The notes: generated by a model not told the origin, from the letters alone. A stretch of 64,000 nucleotides of DNA from Paraspadella gotoi (GCA_051294375.1 CM119270.1:2573858-2637857), one strand, 5' to 3'; shown: positions 1 to 12,800, numbered from the stretch's first letter. Program-made: numbers and translations.

Positions 1-444
1 CTTATTGTCACGTTTTTCACGCGCCAAGACAACTGTAATAAAAATAGAGAGACGCGTCAGAACCAAGGATCGAGACCGCTCTGATGACTTTCCGCAGGAT
101 ATTACCGCAGCACCCTACGAAATCGCCTCAGACAACACGACGTCAAACATACGGCTATAGCTCGTCGCCGTATGCTATGCACATCGAATCTGCGGGTACC
201 CTTGTGATTGCATACAAAGTATTCCCCGCACATTCTCTACCGGTTGTTCCTACGTCCCCAGGCTCCCGTGTGTACAGGGATTACAGGTCGTCGCCTAAAC
301 CCCGCCTGGCGAAAATCCGTCTGAAGGGAATTGCTGATTCGAGATGAATTAATTTTGGAAATATAATAGAGCGAATGACAAATGGAAACGTTTTTGAAAG
401 CTTTTTATTAGAAGATTTGTAAAAGCTTTTCTTACTTGAAACGA

Positions 445-450
445 GGAGAG

Positions 451-503
<53 letters not shown>

Positions 504-630
504 AGAGAGAAGAGAGAGAGAGAGAGAGAGATGAGAGAGAGAGAGGAGAGAGAGAGACTAAGAAAGTTAAGAAAAACTTCTATAATGAAACATAAGTGAA
601 AAAAAGTTTTCAATGTGATACCGAGAAGAG

Positions 631-668
<38 letters not shown>

Positions 669-820
669 AGAGAGAGAGGAGAGAGAGAGAGAGAGGTGAC
701 GAAACGCGCGTCGGATCGAGACGAGAACCGACGGCACCAATTCGTTGCACCGTGACATCATAATCGGGGCAATGGCCATAATCCTGTCTAAAGGAGAGAG
801 AGAGAGAGAGAGAGAAGAGA

Positions 821-879
<59 letters not shown>

Positions 880-952
880 CTAAGGGTGACTAAGAGGCGG
901 GTTTTCCGCTCGGTTGGCTCCAGATCGGCCGTTCTCGTGATATCTCACGCTG

Positions 953-993
<41 letters not shown>

Positions 994-995
994 CT
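445..995. repeat. Cluster of (GA)n/(TC)n microsatellites interleaved with CpG-rich sequence upstream of PNP
   Basis: Runs at ~445-557, 634-694, 794-877 and 953-995. Confidence 0.9.
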
Positions 996-2197
996 TTTCT
1001 CCTCATGGTGCTCCCATGGTGTCACCGTTGGGTGCACCATGGTGCAACCTTTTCTCTCGCGCGTTGCGTTTTATTTCACGGGAGGATTGGCGTGAGTTGG
1101 TGAGGGTGTGAATGGAAGAAGGGTTGGCGCAGTGAGGAGTGAACGTGACGTAGCGTGGCTGGGCGATGGCGTCGCAGGAAAACTACGTCGGCTGGCGCGG
1201 TTCGTATATGGAGTGGTAAGTTGTTGTTTAATAAAAACTATGGTTATGTTTTGTTTTTTAGTTATTGATTTATTGATTTATTTTTTTATTTATTTTATTT
1301 TTGCTTTTTAATTCACTATAAATATCTGAGTGAAACATGTACATTACAATTTTGTTCGTGTCTCAGACGTTTATCATTTTCTTGAGTTGTCTAATTTATT
1401 TTGACAGTCATCTTCGTTTTCACTTAGATAACAAAAACTAGAGCGAAATCAACATTCTGAATGAATTTTTTTTCTTCGTAATTTTACCCAAAATTATTAA
1501 TAACATTTGAATCATTGAAGCTATATCAAGCATTAGACGTCGACGCTTTACAATTTTAAAATCATAATAACTTTTAATATTCGAGTATGAAAGGCGGCAA
1601 AATGGATTTTTTTTTCCTTCTCGCTCGTTCATTCACCTCACAGGGTTCAACACAATTTCATAATTCTTAGCCTCTACCTAATTAATTAATGATTTAGTAC
1701 GGAGATACATCGTCGTTAAGTTTCTTCGATCGATTCTACTTTGTGAACTTTTGTTTCAAGTTTTGACGAAATCTTAACCGATTTTGATGAACTCGAAATA
1801 AAAATAAAAATTAATTAGGTAATCGCAAATCCGAACTAGAAAAAGGAAAGAACCGAAATTAAATCAACTTGGGATTTAAGCAATTTTTTTTTTCAAAAAA
1901 AATATTCACGAGAAAATACTATTTAGCCGCAGCTAATTATTTTATCCTCTTTCCGCGACATTTCGTAATTTATTTTTTTAATTATTCATACAATTTATTC
2001 TTACCTCGAATTTTGTGATCTAAAGAAAAGAAAAAAAACCTTTAATTCGTCCTTCTTGAATCAAATAAAAAGGACAAAACGGACAGAAGGACGAGAGCAG
2101 CTTAAGCAGCAACCGTTTCAGCATCAGCGACGCAGGCAGCGTCTTCAGCAGCGTCTTCAACTACATCATCATCGTCGTCACCATCATCGTCGCTCAA

Positions 2198-2410
2198 ATG
2201 TGGAAAAGAGACGTCTCCCCGCTTTCTAACCGCCACGCCCCCTCGGCCGACGAAGCGATTGGCGGCGCTGGAGTGAAGAACCCCTTCGGCTTTGAGGAGT
2301 GCCGCGCCGTGGCGGAGTGGCTCGCCGAGAGGACCTCCATTCGGCCTAGAGTCGGACTCATTTGCGGATCGGGTCTCGGCGGATTGGCCGAGATACTCCA
2401 GGATAAGATG
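2198..2410 (+). CDS. PNP: PNP coding exon 1 (MWKRD...[19 protein letters not shown])
   Basis: Contains the CGSGLG phosphate-binding motif. Donor GTGAGT at 2411, phase 0. The 5' boundary is uncertain. Confidence 0.85.
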
Positions 2411-5400
2411 GTGAGTGTGGTTGTTGTTGTTATTGTTGTATTTTGGGGTTTCTGTGTGTCTGTGTGTGTGTATGTGTGTATATGTGTGTGCGTTTGTGTT
2501 TTTATGAGTGTGATGGATATATTTTTTCTCGCACCTTTCCCCCAAAATATATTTTTCTCTCAATTTTTTTAGAATCTTATGACTTTTTTACTTAAATATT
2601 TGTTACCTTTTTTAGTTGCGTCGCGAGTACACGCAGAGCAATTCAATTCAATTCAATTCAACTGTTAGGTCGGTCAGTCGTTCTGTCGGCATTTTGTTTT
2701 TAAAAAATTCGTATGGAGAATAAAATACGGAATTTTGATGAAGTGCGTGTTTAAACGTGCTAAATACACTCATCGGCCCTGCCACTGCATAACTCATCAT
2801 AATAATCATTAGATCATAAAAAAATAAAAGTCACTAGGGCGCAACACATTATTGTTCTTGTTTCAACCATTTCTCCATTTACTCCCTTCATTCTTCTACC
2901 CTTCTTTCAACTTTCCTTCTTATTTTCTTGCCTTTCCACTTGGCCTTACTCAACCCTTACCCTCCAAGTCCTTCGACTACAGCGACATCCCAAACTTCCC
3001 TACGTCCACCGTCGCTGGACACGAGAGTCGACTCGTCTTCGGGAGACTCGGCGGACAAGAAGTCGTCTGCATGCAGGGGAGGTTTCACGCTTATGAAGGT
3101 AAGGAAAAAGTAAGTTTAAAACTAGCCTTTACTTAATTGGACAGAGTTGCGTCTTTATATACAAAGTAGTACCGGAAGTTATGTCAGGCAACTTATTCCT
3201 CTTCTTTAAATTAAAAAAAAATATGCAAATGAGGGTTTAAAATGAGGCTTGTAGAAAACAAAAGATAAATACGATATTCTATTAGTTCCAAAATTCGATT
3301 ATTTCGAAGTCTTTTCACCGTATGTTAGTTAATTGACATTTTGTAATTTGTTTTCTTCGCCAAGCAACTCTAGATCCTTTAAACCGCATCATCCTTCAAA
3401 CAGGCTATCCTCTGATGCAGTGCGCCTTCCCCGTCCGCGTCATGCGTTTCCTCGGCGCCACCGTCATGATCATCACCAACTCAGCCGGAGGTCTCAACGT
3501 GGACTACAAGGCGGGCGACATCATGGTCTTGAAGGACCAAATCAATTTGCCGGGATTTTCGGGAGACAATCCTTTAAGGGGACCCAATGACGAGAGGTTT
3601 GGGAGGGGGGGTTTAAGGGAATGGGGCCTTGTGCTCAGCGTATATATGTGAAGTTTGGTCATAGAATATTCTGTAAATAGTAGTAATATTAACATTTCTG
3701 ATGCCTATGGTGGGAGATATATAAGCTTATAAAGAAACATGAACGTTGAACAATTAATACGGAATGAGAATTTTATTTCATATTATTATATTATTATATA
3801 TCATTATTATTATATTTCATTAATATAGGAATTTAATTTAAGTGCCTTTGTTATTTTTATGAATTTTGTAAAACTAATATTTAAATTATAAATTCATTTT
3901 ATAAACAAGCTATCCGAAATCTGAATACGATAGGCAGAGAGCTTTATTTTAAGTTAAATATTTAATTATTTAGATAAGATACCAAATTTTAGTCATACCA
4001 CCTATCCTTTTTTCACCAGATTCGGTCCCAGATTCCTAGCGATGAATCGCGCCTACGATCGTTCATTGCGCGATTTATTATTAGCGTCGGCAGAAGAGTT
4101 AAACCTTACCTTTGTTCGAGTAGGGACGTACGTGAAGATAGGCGGACCTTGCTACGAGACGCCATCTGAGGCAAGGGCTTTGAGGTAAGATTGCGCTATT
4201 GGAGAAATGTCCATGAGGCTTTTGAAAGTAGGTAACATTTTTTTTAAGAAAGAAACGAAAATTATTAAAATCACCTAATGATGATGATTATTTTTTCAAA
4301 TTTATGACCGATTTGTCATAATTTTATCAGATTCCCTTTTATAAGACAAAAATTTATACATGGTCATATACAATGCTTCATTGCGAGCATATACAGAAAC
4401 AATTTAAAACGAAACATCATAAATCAAAAAGTTTATATTATATAATTTATTTTATGAAATTGGTACAACCAATATAAAAATTATCCATCCATTTAATAAA
4501 TAAGCTATCTTGTCCCTGACTTTGGACAGGCTTTGGTGGTTTAAGGCCTCCATCACACTTGCAAGATAATAACATAACAGGTTTCTGCAAGCTTTTAATC
4601 AAGCCTCTCTCTATTATAAAACAGTAAATTCTGGTTCGCCTCTAATTCCCAACCAATTTCCCTTCAACCTCACTTTTTTACTCACCCCCCATCCTCGACC
4701 CTTACCTTCCCTCTATTCCCCACCCCTTCTTCATCTACCAGGATGTTGGGGGCGGACGCGGTGGGGATGTCCGTCGCCCACGAGGTTATCATCGCCGTCC
4801 ACTGCGGGATGCGGGTCGTGGGGATGTCGCTAATTGCCAATTTGGTCGTCGACGATGTTGACGAGGTTGTGGAGACGAATCACGAGGAGGTGAGGTCCGG
4901 GTAAAGTGGAAGGAGGGTGGGGTCAGGTTGGGTTCTGGATGGGGTTGGGTCAAGTGGGGTTTTATATTTCTTTCTTTCTTTCTTTCTTTTTTTCTTTCTT
5001 TCTCTCCTTTTTCTTCTTTTCATGTTTTCTTTCCTCTCTTTTTTATATTCTTCTTTCTTTTTTTCTTCTTTTAGTCGGAGTCTGCTTATTCAGCAGATCC
5101 CGACTCTATAACTCAGACTTTTTAAACTCACTTTTTCGGTCCGTCGGTCCGCCTCCCCTCAATATTGTCGGGCACACACTTATATCATGTCAGAACATCG
5201 AATTATGATAAATTATGCAAAAAAAATGATGTCCGTCCGTCCGTCTGTCTGTCCGTCCGTCCGTCCGTCCGTCCCACCTTAGCAAAAAAACACCAATTAC
5301 TCGTGATTGATGGATGGATTTAAATGAAATTTTGTGTGTGGATAGGTAAGTGTGTGATTTGAGCTGGATATTAAGTTTCGATGGAATCGTTCCGAGTGGA

Positions 5401-6750
5401 AATGAGTTTTAAATGGAAAAAAACAAAAAAAAAATATATTCACTATTTGAAAACCAATTGCTCATGAGTGATGGCTGATTGACCTGGAATTTTGTATGTG
5501 GGTAGAAAGGTGTATTGTGATTGAACAGCGAATCAAGTTCGATGGAATAGTTTGATGTTGGAAATGAGTTTTAAATGGAAAAAAAACAAAAAAACCTGTT
5601 TTACTAATTGTTATGCTTCTTTTTCTCTTTTATATTATGTATCTGCAGGACGATGTAATTGAATAAATCAAATAATTAATCAGGTAATTAATCAATGTAT
5701 GTTAAATAAATTAATCAATAATTAATAATAGTCAATCAATCCGTCCATCCGTCCCATCTTAGGCAAAAAGCTCAATTACACTCGTGATTGGCTGGTGGAT
5801 TGGAATAAATTTTTGTGTCGCCGGTAGGAAAGTGGTGATAAAGCTGTGGATATAAATATTTCGAAGAATCCGTGTGAGTGAAATTAGTGTTAAAATGGAA
5901 AAAAATAAGTCGAATTTACTAAAATCTTTTACTTTATTTTAACAATTAAATACTCCAATTATCATAATTGGATGGATAGCATTGAGTTGGAATTTGTGTG
6001 TGTGGGTAGGAAAATCTGTTATACGAATGCCTTGATATAAAGTTTCAGTGGAAACGTACCAGTGCGAAATGAGTTTAAATGAAAAATATATGATGTTGAT
6101 CACATTTGACTGAATTTTATTTTTTAACCCATGATAGATCTGAGATGAAATTTGTGGCCGTAGAAAAGGAGTAGAAAGTGAATAAAAGTTTGACGGAATG
6201 CAATGAAAAAATTAGCAACGTGAAAAAAATGATGCAATGTTGAAAAGAATCGATGCATAAAAAAATCTTAAAAGTCATTAAGGATCGTCGCTATTGCATA
6301 AAAGAGGAGAGAGAGAGAGAAAATCGAGATTAAATGAGGTGTGAGAGAGAAAGAGAGAGAGTGAGAGAAAGAGAGAGAGAAGAACATAAATAAAAAAATC
6401 TTAAAAGACTCAAGATCGAGCAGAGCCCACTATCATAGAAAATTAATGAGAAAAACCCAGGAAGATAAACAAACAATGATCATGCGATAACGAAATTGTT
6501 GGATGTACTAGTAATTGATTGAGGTATACAATTGTATTGATTTAACTACCTGTAATGTAATTTTGACTGTAATAGGAAATTCGATTATTGAATTCGATGA
6601 ATAATCAATAATTGATGTCGATCTGAATAGTCATTCACGCTGTTGATGATAGTCATTCAGTGATGCGATGATTGTCATTCATTGATCGATGATTTGTCAT
6701 TCATTGATGCGATGGATAGTCAATAAAACAACAAATGCGTTATGAGTGAA

Positions 6751-6804
<54 letters not shown>

Positions 6805-8345
6805 AGAAGAGAGAGACAGAGAGAAAGAGAGAGAGAGAGATAGAAAGAAAGAGAAATAAATCCACGAAAATCTCGGGATGAAAATATGGGATATTGTATT
6901 GAAAAAAAGCGCGGAAAAATGGCGCAATAATAAAAAAGTTTTTAGAAGGAAAAAAATAATCAGAATTTTTCAAAAAACAACAGGATCACGCAAAAGATCG
7001 GACAGATAGGGACAGACACACACAGAGAGACAGAGAGACAGAAAAGAAGAGAGCAAAAAAGAGAGAGAGAGGAGAGACAGCCGCTGCAAGAGAAAAAGAG
7101 AAAGAGAAAGAGCGATATATAATAATTAAAAAAGAGAGAGAGAGAGAGAAGCTCTACAGCCCCTTTACTCGTTAAAGAATCAGCGAGTACTTATGGCGCC
7201 GCACGCTAGCGTGAGCTATTCTCTACCCCAAAGACCCGGGGTTCGCGCCCTGTTCGCCGGCATCGTTTTTACATTAGTGAACCCACATTATATCTAAAAA
7301 ATTTTTTGTAAAAAAAAAAAAAGAGAGATAGAGAGGAGAGAGACGGAGAGAGAGAGAGAGAAGAGAGAAAGAAGCTGGACAGACGCTGCAGAGCCGCGAA
7401 CTCGTTTTAGAAGAAGCAGTGACCGGAGAAAGAAAGAGAGCAGAGCCGACATATAATTAAACGTTTTGTTTTTGTAAATAAAACATTAAACAAATACCAT
7501 ATCTTGCATTATGAAACATTGGAGAATTTTAAAGATCTGTGATGATTGAAGCCAATATGAAACAACTTCCAACTCCCTATGATATCACACTTTCAGAACC
7601 ACCATGATGGTGCAAAAACACAGTGCGAGACCGAAAAGCTCAAACCCGAAAAAAAATCTAGACAGGACGGGCTTTGCCCTTGCCTGCTCCGATAATTAGA
7701 GGATATTTTTTGTTTTTGATAAAATGTAAAACAAAACATTTAATAACTGTCCTGACTCAATTTTAAGACATCGATGATGAACAAGCTGAATATAAATTAT
7801 AATTAATCTATTAATTATATTAATTAATTATAACTAATAATTAATTAATTAATCTATTAATAAATTAATTAATCAATAATTAATTAATTATCGTAGGCAG
7901 CATCCGACATTGTTTGTCAACACTTGTTTCCTTCTTTCTTTCTTTTTTTTCTTTTTTTCTTGTTTTTTTTTTTCTTTCTTGCTTTCTTTCTTCTTTTCTT
8001 TCTTTCTTTCTTTAATTTTTCTATCCCGATTCCTAGTTGATATTATATTTTCTTTATATTTCCATCAGGCCCTGCTCCTTGTCGATCAGACCCAAATATT
8101 TGTCTGTCAGACATCCCTAATCGATCAGGCTTCTCTCCCATGTCAATCAGGCGCCGTCCTTTTTTAATTCTCCCTTTATCTTCTTCCACCAGGTGCTTGA
8201 GACGGCCAAGAACCGGGCGAATATCATGGAGCAGCTCATGACTCTTTTCATCTCGAAATTGAGTGAAAATAATTTGGAACCGGCGCAATTTCGTCCTGCG
8301 ATCGACGGTTTTTGCGAATCTATGCGATCGAGACGGACGATTTAA
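2198..8345 (+). CDS. PNP: Purine nucleoside phosphorylase (trimeric, mammalian-type), 6 coding exons: 2198-2410, 2969-3098, 3404-3596, 4020-4184, 4742-4889, 8193-8345
   Basis: The exons join in frame across five GT-AG introns (558, 305, 423, 557 and 3303 nt) to give 1002 nt, 333 aa plus stop. PNP motifs occur in order: [71 protein letters not shown]. The true start may lie further upstream. Confidence 0.95.
2969..3098 (+). CDS. PNP: PNP coding exon 2 ([18 protein letters not shown]...[10 protein letters not shown])
   Basis: Acceptor ccaAG at 2967-68 and donor GTAAGG at 3099. Phases match both neighbours. Confidence 0.95.
3404..3596 (+). CDS. PNP: PNP coding exon 3 ([13 protein letters not shown]...TNSAGG...[10 protein letters not shown])
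   Basis: Acceptor aacAG at 3402-03 and donor GT at 3597. Phase-2 intron within the R of DER-F, a position I recall also in vertebrate PNP. Confidence 0.95.
4020..4184 (+). CDS. PNP: PNP coding exon 4 ([13 protein letters not shown]...[21 protein letters not shown])
   Basis: Acceptor ttttcaccAG and donor GTAAGA at 4185. Contains the base-binding Glu in YET. Not in the ORF track because it is short. Confidence 0.95.
4451..4546 (+). repeat. Short dispersed repeat in PNP intron 4
   Basis: ttggtacaaccaatata...aaataagcta(g)tatcttg..cctgactttggacaggctttggtggtttaag recurs in inverted orientation at ~44704-44800 and ~51380-51466. A more diverged direct copy is at ~39520-39580. Confidence 0.7.
4742..4889 (+). 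CDS. PNP: PNP coding exon 5 ([15 protein letters not shown]...SLIANLVV...ETNHEE)
   Basis: Acceptor taccAG at 4740-41 and donor GTGAGG at 4890, phase 0. Contains GMS, the Asn243 equivalent and the His257 equivalent. Confidence 0.95.
5071..7928 (+). mobile_element. Non-autonomous Helentron/DINE-1 (HINE)-like element filling PNP intron 5
   Basis: 5' subterminal repeat gtcggagtctgct (5074-86) has an adjacent inverted copy agcagatcccgac (5092-5104). (GTCC)n microsatellite at ~5231-5273. Several diverged ~160-bp internal repeats (~5296, 5456, 5774, 5957). 3' subterminal copy gcagcatccgac (~7897-7908) is followed by a short tgtt..aaca stem-loop. Both flanks are T-rich. Confidence 0.6.
7185..7270 (+). 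mobile_element. tRNA-derived SINE head-like segment
   Basis: A-box-like TGGCGCCGCACGCTAG (~7194) and B-box-like GGTTCGCGCCC (~7240) at tRNA-like spacing, ending in TTTTT. No convincing cloverleaf. Confidence 0.3.
8193..8345 (+). CDS. PNP: PNP terminal coding exon ([23 protein letters not shown]...RRTI*)
   Basis: Pyrimidine tract plus ccAG at 8191-92. Completes NHEE|VL and the C-terminal helix. Stop TAA at 8343-45 is followed by AT-rich UTR-like sequence. Confidence 0.88.
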   Translation: MLETAKNRANIMEQLMTLFISKLSENNLEPAQFRPAIDGFCESMRSRRTI

Positions 8346-9044
8346 TTGGCGGGGAAAAAAAATTTAAGGAGATAGTTATTTAAACTTTGTCATTATTTTT
8401 ATTATTAAATAGATCAATTGTTTGAGAAAAAAAAAGAGAAATAATCTTTGAAATAATAAAAAATTCATGATAAAAAAAAAAATCTTACAATCTGGAAAAA
8501 ATTTTTGCGACTCAGTTTTTAATAATTATTATATTATGGTGGACTAAAATCTTTATTTTCATTTGCGGCAGTTAATTTCTGTATTTTTTTGCTGAAGAAC
8601 TCCATAACAGAATCGAGTTAGAATTTAAAGATTTCTAAATTTGGTCCTTTAATTAAATAAAACCAAATGAAAAGGCGGGAAAATGGAAATGTTTTTTTGT
8701 TTTTCCTCGTCGGATGTTTTGAAATCTTTTTTCATCAAGAAACGTCGTCTTTCGTCATTGTCGTCGTCGTCGTCGTTGTCGACGCCCAAAACTTTTTCAC
8801 AGATTTCGTTAAAAATCTGATTTACATAATCAAGAAAATTCGAGACTGAACAAAACAAGTCGATATTTTTCTCTCTCAGATTCAAATTTCATTTTAGGCG
8901 AAAGAAAAAAAACAGAAACTCGTTTCATTTTTTGGGGAGAATGAAGAAAAATGAAGAGAATGAGGAAAATAAAGATGGCGAATGTGAGAGAAAATATGGA
9001 CGAATTAAAAAATTTGGAGTTTTGTGAATATAATTAATTTAGAA

Positions 9045-9178
9045 AATAATGCGGATAATTGATTAATAACAACCAGTAATACTGCGGATAATTGATTAAT
9101 AACAACCAGTGATAATGCGGATAATTGATTAATAACAACCAATGATAATGCGGATAATTGATTCATAACAACCAGTGA
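9045..9178. repeat. 33-bp tandem repeat, ~4 copies
   Basis: Unit gcggataattgattaataacaaccagtgataat, with a 33-nt period. Confidence 0.9.
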
Positions 9179-9810
9179 GGTTTTAAAAAGCAAAACTCGG
9201 TTCTGTGAGTTTTAATTTTGGGAAAAACGATTTGCGATTTTATCGTAAACACGAACTCACGTTTGAAAAGGTAAGGAAAACTTGTTGCCCTCGCTACTTA
9301 ATCTCAACCTCCCCTCGCAGTTTTTATCTCTATCTCCCTATGTTTACCCCTTTTTTTCATTTTTCACTCCAAATCCTTTTGAGCTTCATTCACTCTACTT
9401 TTTTCTCACCACACCACCTTCGTTTATTAATATACCTGTCTTTAACACTCCTCCTCTGTTCAACACTCCTTTCTAAAGTGTGCCTCACTCTAATCGCCTT
9501 ATCCGCTCTACTTACCAGTGTACCACTTCACTTCCCACAGCCACGCCACTTTTCACTGCTCCTTTTTCTAATAGTACTCTCCCTTTAACACAACTTCAGC
9601 ACTCCGCTACCCTTTCTCCACTCTCCCATTTTATTTTCGCCGAATTGAAAAAAAATTTTCCTCAGAAACGAAATATTGAAAAAANNNNNNNNNNNNNNNN
9701 NNNNNNNNNATAAAGTGTTTTTTTTTTTTTTTTTTTTTTTTGAAAAAAAAAAAAAATTTCCTTCGTTTTTTTTGATGCGGTGCGAGAAGATGAAAAAGGG
9801 AGGAAACACC

Positions 9811-12800
9811 GCGAGAGAGAGAGAGAGAGAGAGAGAGAAAGTTTAGGCTTCGGACTTTTACGCTTGGTTTATTATTGACGGATGTTTATTGCACGGTTTT
9901 GCCATGGAAAACTCGACGAGAAGAGAGGGGAAAACCCGAAGTCGCAGGGTGGAAAAGAAGTGGGGAGGGTTGGAAAACAGGGTGAGAGGGTGGAAAAGGA
10001 GTGGGAGGAGTGGGAAAAAAAGGGTGAGAGGGTGGAAAAAGGGCGGTAGAGGGGTGGAAAAGGGGTGAGAGGGGTGGCAAAAGGGGTGTGGAAGGGGAAG
10101 AAAAGGCGCGGAGCTGGGGTTGAGAGGGATGGTATAAAGGGTTACCGAGGGCTGGGGGGATGACAAAGGGCTGTGAGAGGGTGAAAACGAGGTGTGAGAA
10201 GGAGGGAAGAAAAGGGGGTGAGAGGTGTTTTTTAAAGTGAAGGAAGGTTGAGGCGCGGGTGGTTAGAAAGATGTGGGACGACCAATTTTGGGTAATTGCC
10301 GACGCATATCGAGAATAAGGCAAATGGCGCATCCGTGGGGCAAAGTAGTTAATTTTGAATCAGTTTGACGTCAAGCTGGAGCTTTGAAATGCCAGGAGGA
10401 CACTTAAAATATTGGGTGGCGGGTATATTCGCCCACCGTTCTTGGCTCCAAATAAAGCCCCGAATCGCATTGCTCTGAGGCGCGGCAGGGAAGCGTCAGT
10501 TCCAGCCTGCCCAGTGCCATGCCATGCCGATGCCAGACGTTAAACAAGCGACGGCGTGAACAAGGTTCTGCTTTGAGTTGGATCAAAATACGCTGGATCC
10601 GGTCTGACGGTTGGTCCCGACACTTTGATGTGAGGAAGAGAAGAGACGGAGAGGAGGAGGAGAGGGGAGATTAAGGGGAACGTCCCAGAAAGAGAAAGAA
10701 GAAAAGCCGGAGAGTGGGAAGAGGGGAGAAAGGGGAGAAGGGGAAGGCGCGACAAAAAAAAAAGAAAGCATGGAAGTGGAATATCTAAAATGCCCTAATT
10801 GTTAAATAACAAAACAACTATAGCCAGTTGGATGGCAAACAAATGGTCGGATCTGGAGAGCCCTACAAATAATTTAAGCAAGAAGAAATAAGCTAATACG
10901 GAATGATTGATTCTTGGTAATGGTTTATTACTGAACTTTAAATTTATGATGCTTAAACAAGGATGCATAACACGTTATCTAAGTATAAAAGGAAGGGTTG
11001 AGAGGAAGCGAAAGACAAGATGTCGGATCATGCCGAGAGAAACGAGAGAAGAGAGGAATCGATTGTACTTGAGGAGAGAGAGCGTAATTAATTAGAATAA
11101 TAATAATTCAACGTTAGATTAATTAATTAGCGGCAAAGACATTAATTAATCTGATATTTGCATCCGAAAAATGGTTGTTACGTTGGGAAGTATAATTAAG
11201 TTGAGCAAGAGGAACTGATTAATTAATTAAATTTGATTAATTATTGAGAGAGAGAGGCATTAGCTAGTAGAGTTAGTATTAGAAGGCTGATTTAAAGTGC
11301 TTAGATTAGTTTTTCGGCGCAAATTCTCTACTTTATATCGTTCGTCTATTTTCCTCGGTCGAAAGAGAGAGAGAGAGAGAAAAGTTTAGGCTTCGACTTT
11401 TACGCTTGTTTATTATTGACGGATGTTTATTGACGGTTGCCATGGAAACTCGACGAGAGAGGGGGAAACCCGGAAGTCGAGGGGTGGAAAANNNNNNNNN
11501 NNNNNNNNNNNNNNNNGAAGTGGGAAGGGTTGGAAAAAGGGTGAGAGGGTGGAAAAGGAGTGAGGAGTGGGAGAAAAAAAAAAGGGTTTGAGAGGGTGAA
11601 AAAGGGCGGTAGAGGGTGGGAAAAGGGTTGTGAGAGGGTGGAAAGGGGTGTGGAAGGGGAAGAAAAGGGGAGTGAGAGGGATGGTAATAAAGGGTTTAGA
11701 GGGATGAAAAGGTGTGAGAGGGTGAAAAGAGGTGGAGAAGGGGGGAAGAAAGGGGGTGAGAGGTTTAAAGTGAAGGAAGGTTGGGGTGTTAAGAAATTGG
11801 AGACAATTTGGTATTTGACGATATGAGAATAGAAATGGGCATCCGTGGGGGCAAATAGTTAATTTTTGAATCAGTTTGACCGCAAGCGAGTTTGAAATGC
11901 CAGAGACACTTAAATATTGTGGCGGGTATATTCGCACAGTTCTTGGCTCCAAATAAGCCGCCAATCCATTGGCTCTGAGGGCGGAGGGAACGGCGTCATT
12001 CCAGCCTTGCCATGCCATGCCATGCCTATGCCCAGACGTTAAACAAGCGACGTGAACAAAGGTTCTGTTTGAGTTGGATCAAAATACGCTGATCGTTGAC
12101 GTTGGTCCGACACTTTGAGTGTGAGGGAAGGAGGAAGAGGAGGAGGAGGAGGAGGAGGAGGGGAGATTAAGGGGAAGTCAGAAAGAAGAAAGAGAAAAAG
12201 CTGGGAGGAGTGGGAGAGAGGGGAGAATAGGGGAGAAGGGGAAGTGCGGACAAAAAAAAGAAAAGCATGGGAAGTGGAATATCTAAAATGCCCTAATTGT
12301 TAAATAACAAAACAACTATAGCCAGTTGGATGGCAAACAAATGGTCGGATCTGGAGAGCCCTACAAATAATTTAAGCAAGAAGAAATAAGCTAATACGGA
12401 ATGATTGATTCTTGGTAATGGTTTATTACTGAACTTTAAATTTATGATGCTTAAACAAGGATGCATAACACGTTATCTAAGTATAAAAGGAAGGGTTGAG
12501 AGGAAGCGAAAGACAAGATGTCGGATCATGCCGAGAGAAACGAGAGAAGAGAGGAATCGATTGTACTTGAGGAGAGAGAGCGTAATTAATTAGAATAATA
12601 ATAATTCAACGTTAGATTAATTAATTAGCGGCAAAGACATTAATTAATCTGATATTTGCATCCGAAAAATGGTTGTTACGTTGGGAAGTATAATTAAGTT
12701 GAGCAAGAGGAACTGATTAATTAATTAAATTTGATTAATTATTGAGAGAGAGAGGCATTAGCTAGTAGAGTTAGTATTAGAAGGCTGATTTAAAGTGCTT

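Noticed and set aside
84-347. 87-aa ORF at the window start as a gene or terminal exon
   Set aside because: No recognisable motif or clear splice acceptor, and the upstream context is missing.
7185-7270. Functional tRNA gene
   Set aside because: A/B-box-like motifs are present but no consistent acceptor or anticodon stems.
9045-9178. 33-bp, 34-bp (45120, 51780, 61480) and ~30-bp (49128) arrays as CRISPR
   Set aside because: They are head-to-tail repeats without unique spacers, there are no cas genes, and the context is eukaryotic.
10843-10864. TAGGGCTCTCCAGATCCGACC (minus strand) as a hAT-type terminal repeat
   Set aside because: No inverted partner was found. Its second occurrence is just the tandem duplicate.
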